The notes: generated from the sequence alone by a model not told the origin. A stretch of 34,659 nucleotides of DNA from Elusimicrobiota bacterium (GCA_043813605.1 JBDRKX010000127.1:1-34659), one strand, 5' to 3'. Positions 16,200 through 26,513 are shown, numbered from the stretch's first letter. A program made the numbers and translations.

Positions 16200-18239
16200 A
16201 TGCCAATAGTGGATTCTAAAACAAAAGCGGTGAATATTGACAGTAGTATTGAAGAACTTGTTGCTAAGGCCAGGGAGATGCGTGCATATGCCATGATAGC
16301 GATACATGCTGCCGGATCCGGCCATCCCGGCGGTAGTTTATCGATAATGGATATTGCGGCGGCTCTCTATCTTAAAGTGGCAAATCATGACCCGGCAGAT
16401 CCCGAATGGAAAGACAGGGACAGGATATTCTGGTCTGCGGGACATAAAGCTCCTGCACTGTACGCGGGACTTGGCGAAAGCGGATATTTCCCTATAGACG
16501 ATATGGTGAAATTAAGGAAACTCGGTTCAGGTTTTGAGGGGCATCCTAACAGGATGAAACTTCCGGGGATAGAGCTGTCCAGCGGTTCTCTGGGCCAGGG
16601 ATTGGGTGTTGCTGTCGGCTGTGCTCTGAATGCTGGAATAGAAAACCGGGATTACAGGGTATTCTGTATAATGGGAGACGGCGAGCTTGACGAAGGCTCC
16701 ATATGGGAATCGGCTATGTCTGCCAGCCATTACAAGCTGGATAATCTTGTCGGTATTGTCGATAGGAACAATCTTCAGATAGATGGTCCCACAGAAGAAG
16801 TGATGTGTCTCGGCTGTGTTGGAGATAAATTCAGGGCTTTCGGCTGGAATGTCATTGAGATAGACGGCCACGACATGAAAGCTATAATAGAGGCGTTTGA
16901 GGAAGCGAAAAAAGCAAAGGGGAAACCGACAGTTATTGTAGCCAATACGGTAAAGGGAAAAGGCGTTTCATATGCCGAGAATGCTGTTGGTTACCATGGA
17001 GTGGCTCCCAGAGGCGGCAGGAGCGGCGATGAATCTCTCGATAAAGCGCTGGAAGATATAGGTGATAGTAGTTTCACAAAAGAGCGTGTGGATGATCTAT
17101 TGAAAACAGCTTCCGATTACCAGAAGGAAATAGACATAAGAATAAAGGAGAAGATCCCGAAATTCTCAAAGGATTACTGGTGGAACAGCTCGGATATAAT
17201 GAAGGCTGAATTTGTAGCGACCAGGATGGGATTCGGCGATGCACTGGAAGAAATAGGAAGTGATGAGCGCATAGTAGCTCATGGAGCCGACATAACCAGT
17301 TCGATAAAGATGGATATGTTCTATGTCAATCACCCCGATAGAATGAACAGGTTTTTCAGTGTAGGTATCGCGGAGGCCAATATGGTTGAGGTGGCCTCGG
17401 GTCTGGCTAAAGAAGGCAGGATAGCTTTTGTGGGCTCTTACGGAGTATTTGCGACAGGCAGAGCATGGGATCAAATAAGGACCACAGTATGCTATAATGA
17501 ACTTGATGTAAAGATCGCCGATGCTCACGGCGGCATTTCCGTGGGTGCTGACGGTGCTACACATCAGGCGTTGGAAGAGATTGCCGTAATGAGTTATATA
17601 CCGAATATGCAGGTAACTGTGCCGTGTGATTCTATGGAAACATACAGGGTTACCAAGGAAATAGCCTACAGCAGCGGCCCCGGCCTCATAAGATATGCAA
17701 GGGAAGCGACACCGCTTGTATCCGGCGAAAATACTCCATTCAGTTTCGGTACCGCGTGTGTGATACGGTACAGGGGTGAAAAAGAAAAATTCACAGATGC
17801 ATTTGAATGGAAACTAGGTACGGAGTATGTATCCGAAGATGAGGATCTTGCTATCATCGCTTGCGGTCCCATGGTTACTGAAGCAATGAGGGCAGCATAC
17901 ATACTCAAGGAAGAAAACGGCATAGAGGCCAGGATACTGGCTGTACATTCGGTGAAGCCGATAGATTCAGATACTATTGTAAAAGCGGCGGGAGATACGG
18001 GAGCCGTGCTTACATGCGAGGAGCACCAGGTAGGCGGTTTTGGTAATATAGTTGCGGGGGCGATAAGCAGGGGGAAATGTTTTTCAATGCCGCTGGTAAT
18101 GGACATGGTAGGAGTTGAAGATATTTTCGGTGAGAGCGGCAGTCCGTGGGAACTTATGATAGATTTCGGGCTTGTAGCTGAAAATATCGCGGTTAAAGCC
18201 GCGAAACTGATTGAGAAGAAGGGAGCTGATTCCAGATGA
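16200..18239 (+). CDS. tkt: Transketolase (single chain)
   Basis: SGHPGGSLS, GHP, SGSLGQG, ThDP motif GDGELDEG...N, GIAEANM, DGATHQ, EEHQ..GG. Confidence 0.92.
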   Translation: MPIVDSKTKAVNIDSSIEELVAKAREMRAYAMIAIHAAGSGHPGGSLSIMDIAAALYLKVANHDPADPEWKDRDRIFWSAGHKAPALYAGLGESGYFPIDDMVKLRKLGSGFEGHPNRMKLPGIELSSGSLGQGLGVAVGCALNAGIENRDYRVFCIMGDGELDEGSIWESAMSASHYKLDNLVGIVDRNNLQIDGPTEEVMCLGCVGDKFRAFGWNVIEIDGHDMKAIIEAFEEAKKAKGKPTVIVANTVKGKGVSYAENAVGYHGVAPRGGRSGDESLDKALEDIGDSSFTKERVDDLLKTASDYQKEIDIRIKEKIPKFSKDYWWNSSDIMKAEFVATRMGFGDALEEIGSDERIVAHGADITSSIKMDMFYVNHPDRMNRFFSVGIAEANMVEVASGLAKEGRIAFVGSYGVFATGRAWDQIRTTVCYNELDVKIADAHGGISVGADGATHQALEEIAVMSYIPNMQVTVPCDSMETYRVTKEIAYSSGPGLIRYAREATPLVSGENTPFSFGTACVIRYRGEKEKFTDAFEWKLGTEYVSEDEDLAIIACGPMVTEAMRAAYILKEENGIEARILAVHSVKPIDSDTIVKAAGDTGAVLTCEEHQVGGFGNIVAGAISRGKCFSMPLVMDMVGVEDIFGESGSPWELMIDFGLVAENIAVKAAKLIEKKGADSR

Positions 18240-19945
18240 ACCTTGAAGATTTCCTTAAGGTAGCATCCGGCGAAAGAAAAGCTGACCTGTTGATAAAAAA
18301 TGCACGTATTGTAAATGTGCTTTCAAATGAAATAGTGAAGAACGATGTAGCCGTCTCCGGCGGCAGGATCTGCGGTTTCGGGGATTACAGGGCAAAAAAG
18401 ACTATCGATATTAAGAACCGGTATCTCTTGCCCGGATATATAGACGGACATATACATATCGAGAGTTCGATGGTCACTGTTTCGGAGTTCGCAAAAACGG
18501 TTGTGCCGCTCGGTACTACGCAGGTTGTAGCCGATCCTCATGAGATTGCGAATGTCCTGGGTCTTGACGGTATAAGGTATATGCTCGATTCTTCAAAATA
18601 CCAGCCTCTTGAAGTATATTTCATGATGCCTTCCTGTGTCCCTGCAACGGATCTTGAGACTTCAGGTGCAGTTATTTCGGCCGGAGATATATTCCCATAC
18701 CTTTCGGAAAAATGGGTGGTGGGACTCGGCGAGATGATGAATTACCCGGGTGTTTTATCATGTGAAAAAGGTGTGTTGGATAAGATTAAACTTGTCACGC
18801 ATAAAAAGATCGACGGCCATGCTCCGGGACTTACCGGCAAGGAATTATCTACATACATAGCTGCCGGCATAATGAGTGACCATGAATCGACTACTCTTAA
18901 GGAAGCCCGTGAAAAACTCCGTAAAGGTATGCATATAATGATAAGGGAAGGAACAGCAACAAAGAATCTCGAGGCCCTGCTTCCGCTGGTGAATGCCGGC
19001 AATTCCAGTAATTTCTCATTTGTGTCTGATGACAGGTCGCCTGCTGATCTTATTAATGAAGGCCATATGAACTACATAGTCTGGAAGGCAATTGACCGTG
19101 GTCTTGATCCCGTGCTGGCAGTAAAACTGGCAACCATTAATACTGCAAGGTACTTCCGCATACATGGCAGGGGTGCGATCGCGCCCGGATTTGAAGCAGA
19201 CATGCAGGTATTAACATCATTCAAGAAAAAAACGCCGGTAATGGTATTTAAGAGCGGGAACATAGTAGCAGAAGAAGGCCGTCTTAAAGAACTCAGCACG
19301 AAACCCAGAGATATCGTTATAAGGGGTTCAATGAATTCTAAACAGCTGAATATAACCGATTTCATGATCAGGGCAAAAAAGAAGAACATAAAGACTATAA
19401 AGATAGTACCGTCGCAGATAACAACTAAATATGCGAAATTCGCAACACCTTCAAAAGATGGATACCTTATATCGGATATTAAAAGAGACCTTCTGAAAAT
19501 ATATGTTATAGACCGGCATCGTGCAAGCGGTAATATCGGGATAGGCATGCTGAACGGTATGGGACTGAGGGAAGGCGCAATAGCGAGTTCTATTGCACAT
19601 GATTCGCATAATATAGTAGTTACGGGAGTATCTGATGAGGCTATACTGGCAGCATGCAATGAGATTGTCCGGATGGGCGGCGGAATTTGTGTAGTAAAAA
19701 AAGACAAGATGGTTGACGGATTGGAACTTCCTATTGCCGGTCTTATGAGCGAGCGTCCGGTAGAAGAGGTCAATAGAAAGCTCTCCAGGTTGATAGATAT
19801 AGCGCGTTCAATGGGTGCAAAACCTAAAAATCCTTTTTTTATACTGTCGTTTTTGTGTCTGCCTGTTATCCCTGAACTGAAGATAACAGATAAAGGACTG
19901 GTAGACGTGAAAAAAAACAGGATCGTGGATCTTTTTGATGACTGA
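18236..19945 (+). CDS. ade: Adenine deaminase
   Basis: DGHIHIESS, DPHEIAN, LGEMMN, DGHAP, DHE, REG, SDD, AHDSHN, LPIAGLMS. Confidence 0.95.
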   Translation: MNLEDFLKVASGERKADLLIKNARIVNVLSNEIVKNDVAVSGGRICGFGDYRAKKTIDIKNRYLLPGYIDGHIHIESSMVTVSEFAKTVVPLGTTQVVADPHEIANVLGLDGIRYMLDSSKYQPLEVYFMMPSCVPATDLETSGAVISAGDIFPYLSEKWVVGLGEMMNYPGVLSCEKGVLDKIKLVTHKKIDGHAPGLTGKELSTYIAAGIMSDHESTTLKEAREKLRKGMHIMIREGTATKNLEALLPLVNAGNSSNFSFVSDDRSPADLINEGHMNYIVWKAIDRGLDPVLAVKLATINTARYFRIHGRGAIAPGFEADMQVLTSFKKKTPVMVFKSGNIVAEEGRLKELSTKPRDIVIRGSMNSKQLNITDFMIRAKKKNIKTIKIVPSQITTKYAKFATPSKDGYLISDIKRDLLKIYVIDRHRASGNIGIGMLNGMGLREGAIASSIAHDSHNIVVTGVSDEAILAACNEIVRMGGGICVVKKDKMVDGLELPIAGLMSERPVEEVNRKLSRLIDIARSMGAKPKNPFFILSFLCLPVIPELKITDKGLVDVKKNRIVDLFDD

Positions 19946-21116
19946 CCGGGTAATAATAATAGTTATGGACAGTGTCGGTATCGGCTATATGCCTGATGCA
20001 TACAGGTATAATGATAATGGTACTAATACGCTTGCTCATATATTCCACGGCGCCGCGGAAGGTCTTTCATTGCCGAACCTGTGTTCTCTGGGACTTGGGA
20101 AGACCGTAGATATAGGATGTGATGAATCGGATATCAAAGGCGCTTACGGAAAGATGAACGAAATATCTCCCGGAAAAGACACTACTTCCGGTCACTGGGA
20201 ACTGGCGGGACTTCAGCTTGATTTTGAATTTCCTACCTACCCGGACGGTTTTCCTGAAGAAATAATAAAAGAATTCGAAACAAGGATAGGAACTCGTACA
20301 CTGGGGAACTATGCTCGGTCCGGTACTGTTATCCTGGATGAACTGGGTGCCGAGCATATGAAAACCGGGTTCCCTATAGTTTATACTTCAGCCGACTCGG
20401 TTTTTCAGATAGCAGCGCATCAGGATGTTATCGGACTTGAGAAACAGTATGAATACTGCCGCATAGCAAGAGAAGTACTTAGCGGTGAAAAACCTGTTGC
20501 TAGGGTCATAGCAAGGCCTTTTAAAGGAACAGCCGGTGCTTTTGAAAGGCTCGGTCCGGCACGTAAGGATTATTCCTTGGAACCTTCCGGTGAAACACTG
20601 CTCGATATACTGAAAGAAGAAGGTCTTTTTGTCTCCGGCATAGGTAAAATAGGCGATATATTTGCGCACAGGGGTCTGACCGAGGAGATCCATACCGACA
20701 GCAATATGGACGGTATCGATAAAACAGTGGAGTGCATGGATAAATATTCCGGTAAGCCGGGGCTCATATTTCTGAATCTTGTGGAATTTGATTCTCTTTA
20801 CGGCCATCGCAGGGATGTAAATGGATACGCCCGGGCATTGGAAGAACTGGATGCAAGGATTCCCCGGATAACCGGCAGTATGGATGAGGCGGATGTCCTT
20901 ATCCTGACAGCTGACCATGGTTGTGATCCTGCTTACAGGGCGCATACAGACCATACGAGGGAATATGTTCCGCTGATCGTGTATGGCCGGAGAGTAAAAA
21001 AAGGCATAGACCTGGGGATAAGGAAGAGTTTTGCCGATTGCGGGCAGACAGCAGCGGATATCCTGGGAGTGAGGAAACTGCATAATGGGATCAGTTTTCG
21101 GAAGGAAGTAATGTAA
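19935..21116 (+). CDS. deoB: Phosphopentomutase
   Basis: MDSVGIG, GKDTTSGHWE, YTSADSVFQIAAH, RVIARPF, DSLYGHRRD, TADHGCDP, DHTREYVP. Confidence 0.96.
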   Translation: MMTDRVIIIVMDSVGIGYMPDAYRYNDNGTNTLAHIFHGAAEGLSLPNLCSLGLGKTVDIGCDESDIKGAYGKMNEISPGKDTTSGHWELAGLQLDFEFPTYPDGFPEEIIKEFETRIGTRTLGNYARSGTVILDELGAEHMKTGFPIVYTSADSVFQIAAHQDVIGLEKQYEYCRIAREVLSGEKPVARVIARPFKGTAGAFERLGPARKDYSLEPSGETLLDILKEEGLFVSGIGKIGDIFAHRGLTEEIHTDSNMDGIDKTVECMDKYSGKPGLIFLNLVEFDSLYGHRRDVNGYARALEELDARIPRITGSMDEADVLILTADHGCDPAYRAHTDHTREYVPLIVYGRRVKKGIDLGIRKSFADCGQTAADILGVRKLHNGISFRKEVM

Positions 21117-21117
21117 G

Positions 21118-21930
21118 ATGATTAAAGTCAATGAAGCTCTTGAAAAAATAAAGCCGATGATAGGCGATCCTCCTAAATTAGGTATTATACTGGGGAGCGG
21201 AATGGGGAAACTCGTAGATGATTTCAAGGATCCTGTAACGATAAAATTCCAGGATATACCGAATTTCCCGAAATCAAACGTAAAAGGCCACCGGGGAGAT
21301 GTGGTCGTAGGAACTTTTTCCGGGATAAAAGTAATAGCTTTCTCGGGCAGACTGCATTACTATGAGGGTTATAGTATGGAAGAGATATGCCTGCCGGTTA
21401 ATATAATGCACGGGCTGGGTGTTAAAAGACTGATAGTGACAAATGCCGGTGGTGCGGTGAATAAGGAATTTAGTACAGGTGATATCGTAATAATCAAGGA
21501 TCACATAAACATGCTCGGGGAAAATCCGCTGAGAGGCACATGGGAATTCATTGATATGACAGATGCTTACAGCAGTCTTCTGCGGGTGGTGGCGCATGAT
21601 ACGGCTGCACAGCTTGAATTGGATATCAAGGAAGGGGTTTACCTGGCAATGAGCGGTCCCACATATGAGACTCCTGCAGAGATCAACATGGCCAGGGTCA
21701 TGGGAGCGGATATAGTAGGGATGTCGACGGTGCCTGAAGTTACTATAGCAAACAGCCTCAACATCGAGGTGCTGGGACTTTCTATGATAACAAACATGGC
21801 TGCCGGTATTTTAAATCAGAAACTGAGTCACAGCGAAGTGATAGAAGTAACGGAGAGGGCGGGCGACAGGTTTTCTGTACTTATAGAAAAGATTATATTG
21901 AATATAAGTCAGATGAAAGAGGAAGAATAA
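21118..21930 (+). CDS. punA: Purine-nucleoside phosphorylase (trimeric PunA/XapA type)
   Basis: IILGSG, GH.G, GRLHYYEG, TNAGG, DHIN, GPTYETPAE, GMSTVPE, ITN. Confidence 0.93.
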   Translation: MIKVNEALEKIKPMIGDPPKLGIILGSGMGKLVDDFKDPVTIKFQDIPNFPKSNVKGHRGDVVVGTFSGIKVIAFSGRLHYYEGYSMEEICLPVNIMHGLGVKRLIVTNAGGAVNKEFSTGDIVIIKDHINMLGENPLRGTWEFIDMTDAYSSLLRVVAHDTAAQLELDIKEGVYLAMSGPTYETPAEINMARVMGADIVGMSTVPEVTIANSLNIEVLGLSMITNMAAGILNQKLSHSEVIEVTERAGDRFSVLIEKIILNISQMKEEE

Positions 21931-23258
21931 TGAATATATATGAACTGATCAAAAAGAAAAGAGACGGATTGGAATTGTCTAAGGAAGAAATTGAGTACAT
22001 GATAAACGGTTTTGTGAGTGGGGCTATCCCTGATTATCAGATGGCTGCTTTTCTTATGTCGGTTTATTACAGCGGTATGAACGCAAGGGAGTGCGTTGAT
22101 CTGACCATGACGATGGTGGATTCCGGAGACAGGGTGGACCTCTCGGATATAAAGGGTTTCAAAGTGGATAAGCATTCAACCGGTGGAGTAGGAGACACCA
22201 CGACGCTTGTTCTTGCGCCTCTTGTTGCCGCCAGCGGCGGGATAGTTGCTAAGATGACGGGAAGAGAACTGGGACATACGGGAGGTACCGTAGATAAACT
22301 TGAATCTATACCCGGTATGAATGTCGAACTGTCCAAAGATCGATTTACCGCAATAGTTAATAAGATACATGTGAGTCTGATTGCACAGACAGGCACGCTT
22401 GCTCCGGCGGATAAGCTCATATATGCGCTGAGAAACGTGACTGCGACCGTTGACTCTATACCTCTAATAGCGGCATCCATAATGAGCAAAAAAATCGCTG
22501 CCGGTTCAGACGGTATTGTGCTTGACGTGAAAACCGGAGTAGGTGCTTTTATGCAGAAGTACGATGATGCTCTTGAGCTTGCAAAGACAATGGTCGATAT
22601 CGGTGAAGGAGCCGGCAGAAGGGTGGTGTCATTGATAACGGGCATGGAACAGCCGCTCGGTTACGCTATAGGCAACGCCATTGAAATCGAGGAAGCCATT
22701 AATACGCTGAAGGGAAACGGTCCGGAAGACCTGGTAGACCTTGTCATGGAATTGGGAAGCAATATGCTGCTGATATCCGGTGTCGCGGGTTCTATGGATG
22801 AAGCAAGGGAAAGACTCGTTGCAAGTATAGATAACGGAAAAGGAGCGGAAAAATTCAGAGAATTGATAGAGGAACAGGGCGGTGATCCTGCTGTTGTCGA
22901 CGATCCCGGACTTCTTCCGCAACCTGCTGAAAAGTTAGAAGTTTTATCCGCTCGTTCCGGTTATGTCTCAAAAATAGATGCTCTGGAAGTCGGCCTGGCC
23001 TCTAAAGTGCTTGGTGCCGGCAGGAAAACGAAAGACGAGCCGCTGGATCTTTCCATAGGAATATACTTGAAGAAAAAAGTCGGCGATAAGCTTGCCGAAG
23101 GTGAACCTCTGGCAGTTTTTCATTCTGATGGCGACAAAACCAAGATTGATGCGGCTAAAGAAAAATTCCTCAAGGCCTACACTATCGGCCAGGAGACACT
23201 CCCGCCAAAGTTATTTTATTCCAGGGTATCAAAAGAAGGAGTAGAGGAGATATCATGA
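21930..23258 (+). CDS. pdp: Pyrimidine-nucleoside (thymidine) phosphorylase
   Basis: IKKKRDG, PDYQ, DKHSTGGVGD, LGHTGGTVDKLESIPG, SIMSKKIAAG, DVKTG.GAFM. Confidence 0.95.
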   Translation: MNIYELIKKKRDGLELSKEEIEYMINGFVSGAIPDYQMAAFLMSVYYSGMNARECVDLTMTMVDSGDRVDLSDIKGFKVDKHSTGGVGDTTTLVLAPLVAASGGIVAKMTGRELGHTGGTVDKLESIPGMNVELSKDRFTAIVNKIHVSLIAQTGTLAPADKLIYALRNVTATVDSIPLIAASIMSKKIAAGSDGIVLDVKTGVGAFMQKYDDALELAKTMVDIGEGAGRRVVSLITGMEQPLGYAIGNAIEIEEAINTLKGNGPEDLVDLVMELGSNMLLISGVAGSMDEARERLVASIDNGKGAEKFRELIEEQGGDPAVVDDPGLLPQPAEKLEVLSARSGYVSKIDALEVGLASKVLGAGRKTKDEPLDLSIGIYLKKKVGDKLAEGEPLAVFHSDGDKTKIDAAKEKFLKAYTIGQETLPPKLFYSRVSKEGVEEIS

Positions 23259-24244
23259 AGTTAGGAAGAAATTTTACTAATACACTTATCGTAGAGGTGC
23301 TTCCCAAAGAAAGTGCATTGAAAGTGGAATCCGGGGAACTGGATCTTTTTTCCCTTAATGCTATGGGACTCCTGGATTTCAAGAATAATGTGCGGTTTCA
23401 GCTCAGTGCAGCAAAAAGGCTTGGACTGGACTGGCTCGAACTCGATTGTGATGTACCTAATCCGTATCTTGAGTTCCCTGACGAGGAATGTGTATGGATC
23501 AAAGAAACAGCCGGTGAATACGGTATAGACCTTTCCGTGCATCTGTCCTATTCGGGAATCGGAAAAGAAGTGAGCTGTATACAGGATTACGAGAGACAAC
23601 TTGTGGTCGGCCTGCATAAAAAATATCTTGATTTTGCAGGAAAAATAGGCGCAAAGAACTGTGTCTTGCATCCGGGTACGGCTCCGTTCTATTTTCTTAA
23701 TCCGATTTTTTTGGAAAAACTCGAAGAGTCGCTCATAAAAAGTGTTGATGAACTTTCCATTTATGCTTCTGAAAAAAATATAAAGTTCCATCTGGAAAAT
23801 AATGTGTCTTTTGATAATATTTACTGGGAGATAGATGATATGCTGAGGGTTATTGAAAAAATAAATAGCAGGGGCGGACAGCATGTGTATTTTAATTTCG
23901 ATATAGGGCACTGGTTCACAATGGCGGAAAAGGGAAAAGAGATACCTGGTGATTTCCTCAGGGAGATGGAGAGGATCCCGCCTGAGTTCGTTTCTGAACT
24001 CCATCTGAATGATTATGTGCCTAAAAAGATAATCTTTCATCCGCCGCTTATGAACACGCCCGGGCTTTTGACCTATGATGTACTCAAGGAATATTTCCGG
24101 ATACTCAGGGATATCCTTAAACCGGAAGTAGTGGTGCTCGAAACTGCTTTCAAGACAAATGAACAAGTGAAAGACAGGTGGAAGTTCCTAGAAGACGAGA
24201 CACGTTACGTGAGGGAACTGATGATCAGTGGAGAGGGTTCTTGA
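23255..24244 (+). CDS. Xylose-isomerase-like/AP-endonuclease-2 TIM-barrel metalloprotein, copy A
   Basis: SVHL, VLHPG, HLENN, FDIGH, LHLND, FHPP, VLET metal-ligand pattern. Confidence 0.8.
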   Translation: MKLGRNFTNTLIVEVLPKESALKVESGELDLFSLNAMGLLDFKNNVRFQLSAAKRLGLDWLELDCDVPNPYLEFPDEECVWIKETAGEYGIDLSVHLSYSGIGKEVSCIQDYERQLVVGLHKKYLDFAGKIGAKNCVLHPGTAPFYFLNPIFLEKLEESLIKSVDELSIYASEKNIKFHLENNVSFDNIYWEIDDMLRVIEKINSRGGQHVYFNFDIGHWFTMAEKGKEIPGDFLREMERIPPEFVSELHLNDYVPKKIIFHPPLMNTPGLLTYDVLKEYFRILRDILKPEVVVLETAFKTNEQVKDRWKFLEDETRYVRELMISGEGS

Positions 24245-24882
24245 ACGACGGGATAAAATATATTTTTATGCTTGGCAGGCCGGGATGCGGAAAATCCTAC
24301 TTGTATAATAATGTATTCGTTCCGTCACTGGGCAGAATAGGAATAAAAGAAATAGACAGGATAGATGATTTTCCGATATTGAAGGAACTTCTTGACAGGG
24401 ACAGCGGATTCAGGAGGCATGTGCGCAAAGACGGCGGTTTCCAGGTCACTGACTGGACGATAATCGATGATGTACTTAAAGAGATGGATATCCGGCTGGT
24501 AGAAAATTATATAGAAGGGGAAGTCATAGTAGCAGAGTTTGCCAGGAGCGATTATGCCTGTGCTCTAAAGAATTTTACCGATCAGGTCAAAGAAGAAAGT
24601 CTGCTCGTGTATATATGGGCGCCGTTTGAAACATGTATAAAGAGTAACAGGGAACGCTATGATGAGAACGGCAAACCGGATAACCATATAGTCCCTGAAG
24701 ATCTAATGAACACTTACTACAGGACCGATGATATAGAAAAACTATTTCTCGAAGGAGACAAGGCTCCTATGAGCGAATTTAAAGGATGGAAAATGATGAT
24801 ATTCGATAATTCCGACAGACAGATGAGCCCGGAAGAAAAACAGGAAAAGTTTGGTCGGGCACTTGAAGGTTACAGGTTGTGA
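24241..24882 (+). CDS. P-loop kinase-like protein (NMP/polynucleotide-kinase-like fold), copy A
   Basis: N-terminal GRPGCGKS, IDD, lid-like CIKSNRER. TTG start at 24241 chosen because a GGAGAGGG SD precedes it, it overlaps the upstream stop, and it aligns with the paralog start. Confidence 0.75.
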   Translation: MNDGIKYIFMLGRPGCGKSYLYNNVFVPSLGRIGIKEIDRIDDFPILKELLDRDSGFRRHVRKDGGFQVTDWTIIDDVLKEMDIRLVENYIEGEVIVAEFARSDYACALKNFTDQVKEESLLVYIWAPFETCIKSNRERYDENGKPDNHIVPEDLMNTYYRTDDIEKLFLEGDKAPMSEFKGWKMMIFDNSDRQMSPEEKQEKFGRALEGYRL

Positions 24883-26243
24883 ATTATTCCGACTTTGTAA
24901 AAAAAGAACTGAAAAGGATTGATGACACAGGTGTTGCGGATTTTATATCGGGACTTTCGGGTTCCATAGTACTGATATATTCGCATGATGACCCCGATGG
25001 TATAACCAGCGCGCTACTGTTTACAAGACTCATGGAAAAATTAGGTGTCAGATACACGCTCAAACTCCCCGACACGATGGAGCTGGAGGAAAAAAGACTG
25101 GTAAAAGATCTTGAGGAAGAAGAATATGATGCGGTATTCGTCCTGGATAAAGCTACGATGGGTTATTATGATGACTATCGTAAACTATGCAGGAAGTTCG
25201 TAGTTATAGACCACCATCCTCTTTTCGGTGAAAAACCGCAGAATATAATGGTACTCAATCCCCAACTGCACGGAGGTTACGTGGGATGTTCAGGCTCTTT
25301 TCTCATACATATGCTGAAAGAAGAGATAGTGGGGACAGACATGTACGATGATTTCCTGGCATTAGTCGGTTTGAAAGGTGACTGGGCCATAGAACCGGCG
25401 ACAGATATTGTGTCCGGTTATGTAGAGGAATTTTATACGAAAAAAACCGCCGGAGAACTTGCTGGTTTTGTCAAAAAGATCCATGCCCGGCCGACCATGT
25501 TTGAAGTTCAGCAAAGGGATGTAACCACGCTCCTGAATATGATTGCGGAGCTCTGTTTCGCGCTGGGCGGCGGCGGATTTCAGTATTTTTATAATGACAG
25601 GCATCAGGATCTAAAAAACACTGATCATGCAATGTTTACATATGAGATACTAAGAGAACTTGCGGGAAATTTTTCACCGTATACTGTAACTCAACTCGAT
25701 GATTTTATCAGCAACACGTTTGACCCGGAAAAAGTGAAACTTATCTACGGATTTTTCCTTGAAGACTGGGATAAGGCAATAGGCAGTTTTTCAACCGCTT
25801 CTGATCTGACTGTGCTAGGCAATACCCGGCTCTGTCTTTTTATCGGAGATGATGTGCCCTTGATGCCGATGGCAGGTTCTGTCTATCTTTATGGACTCTC
25901 GAGTTATGATAAGGAAAAAGTGCTTTTTGTGATGATAAACAGGCAGAGAACAGGAGGAATCCATTTTTCGTTAAGAGGTACCGGAACAGATGTGCATGCC
26001 GGTAAGATATGCTCCAACCTGGCAGAGCGCATTATAGATAAATATGGAGGAAAGGGAGAGGTGTCAGGCGGCGGCCATTATGTGGCTGCTGAATGCAGGA
26101 CCAGGATGAGTGGTGTGACCTATGAGCAGGCGTTCGGGATATTTTCAGAGCTTGTCAGGGCAATGGAAGATACTGACAGGATATCTGATGCTGTAAAGGC
26201 TGCGGAATTAGGAATGGAATATTTAGTTAAGGAAAGGATCTAG
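24879..26243 (+). CDS. DHH/DHHA1 family phosphoesterase (RecJ/NrnA-like)
   Basis: HDDPDG, VLD, IDHH, GD, SLRG, GGGH..AA. Confidence 0.85.
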   Translation: MNYSDFVKKELKRIDDTGVADFISGLSGSIVLIYSHDDPDGITSALLFTRLMEKLGVRYTLKLPDTMELEEKRLVKDLEEEEYDAVFVLDKATMGYYDDYRKLCRKFVVIDHHPLFGEKPQNIMVLNPQLHGGYVGCSGSFLIHMLKEEIVGTDMYDDFLALVGLKGDWAIEPATDIVSGYVEEFYTKKTAGELAGFVKKIHARPTMFEVQQRDVTTLLNMIAELCFALGGGGFQYFYNDRHQDLKNTDHAMFTYEILRELAGNFSPYTVTQLDDFISNTFDPEKVKLIYGFFLEDWDKAIGSFSTASDLTVLGNTRLCLFIGDDVPLMPMAGSVYLYGLSSYDKEKVLFVMINRQRTGGIHFSLRGTGTDVHAGKICSNLAERIIDKYGGKGEVSGGGHYVAAECRTRMSGVTYEQAFGIFSELVRAMEDTDRISDAVKAAELGMEYLVKERI

Positions 26244-26252
26244 GAGGGAAAG

Positions 26253-26513
26253 ATGGAAAACAGGGAAGAAAAGATGGACAGTAGGGATTTAGTATCTTAC
26301 AGGTTCAAGACTGAAAAAGGGAAGACCTTTTTCTTCGATCTGAAAATAAATGACAATGGCCGGTTTCTAAAAATTACTGAGAGCCGTCCGCGGATGGGGG
26401 AAGAAAACAGCTATATAAGGAACTTTATGACAATACCGGAAGATTTTCTGGAAGAGTTTGTGATAAATTTATCAAATACTGTTCAGTATCTTAAGGATAA
26501 TAGGGAAGACTGA
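26253..26513 (+). CDS. Pur-alpha-like (DUF3276/PUR repeat) single-stranded nucleic-acid-binding protein
   Basis: GKTFFFDLK.N..GRFLKITESR...R....IPE..L.EF pattern. AGGAGG SD. Confidence 0.8.
   Translation: MENREEKMDSRDLVSYRFKTEKGKTFFFDLKINDNGRFLKITESRPRMGEENSYIRNFMTIPEDFLEEFVINLSNTVQYLKDNRED

Noticed and set aside
3377..21227. Long antisense ORFs (3377-4117, 8113-8766, 13681-14274, 19072-19773, 20388-21227)
   Set aside because: They shadow well-supported + strand genes, have composition typical of antisense frames, and show no recognisable motifs.
23261..24166. 301-aa minus-strand ORF
   Set aside because: Fully antisense to the conserved TIM-barrel gene, has no motifs, and has no equivalent full-length ORF in the paralog.
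24178..24240. Longer start for P-loop kinase A
   Set aside because: It would overlap the upstream gene by 67 bp. TTG at 24241 has an SD and matches the paralog's length.
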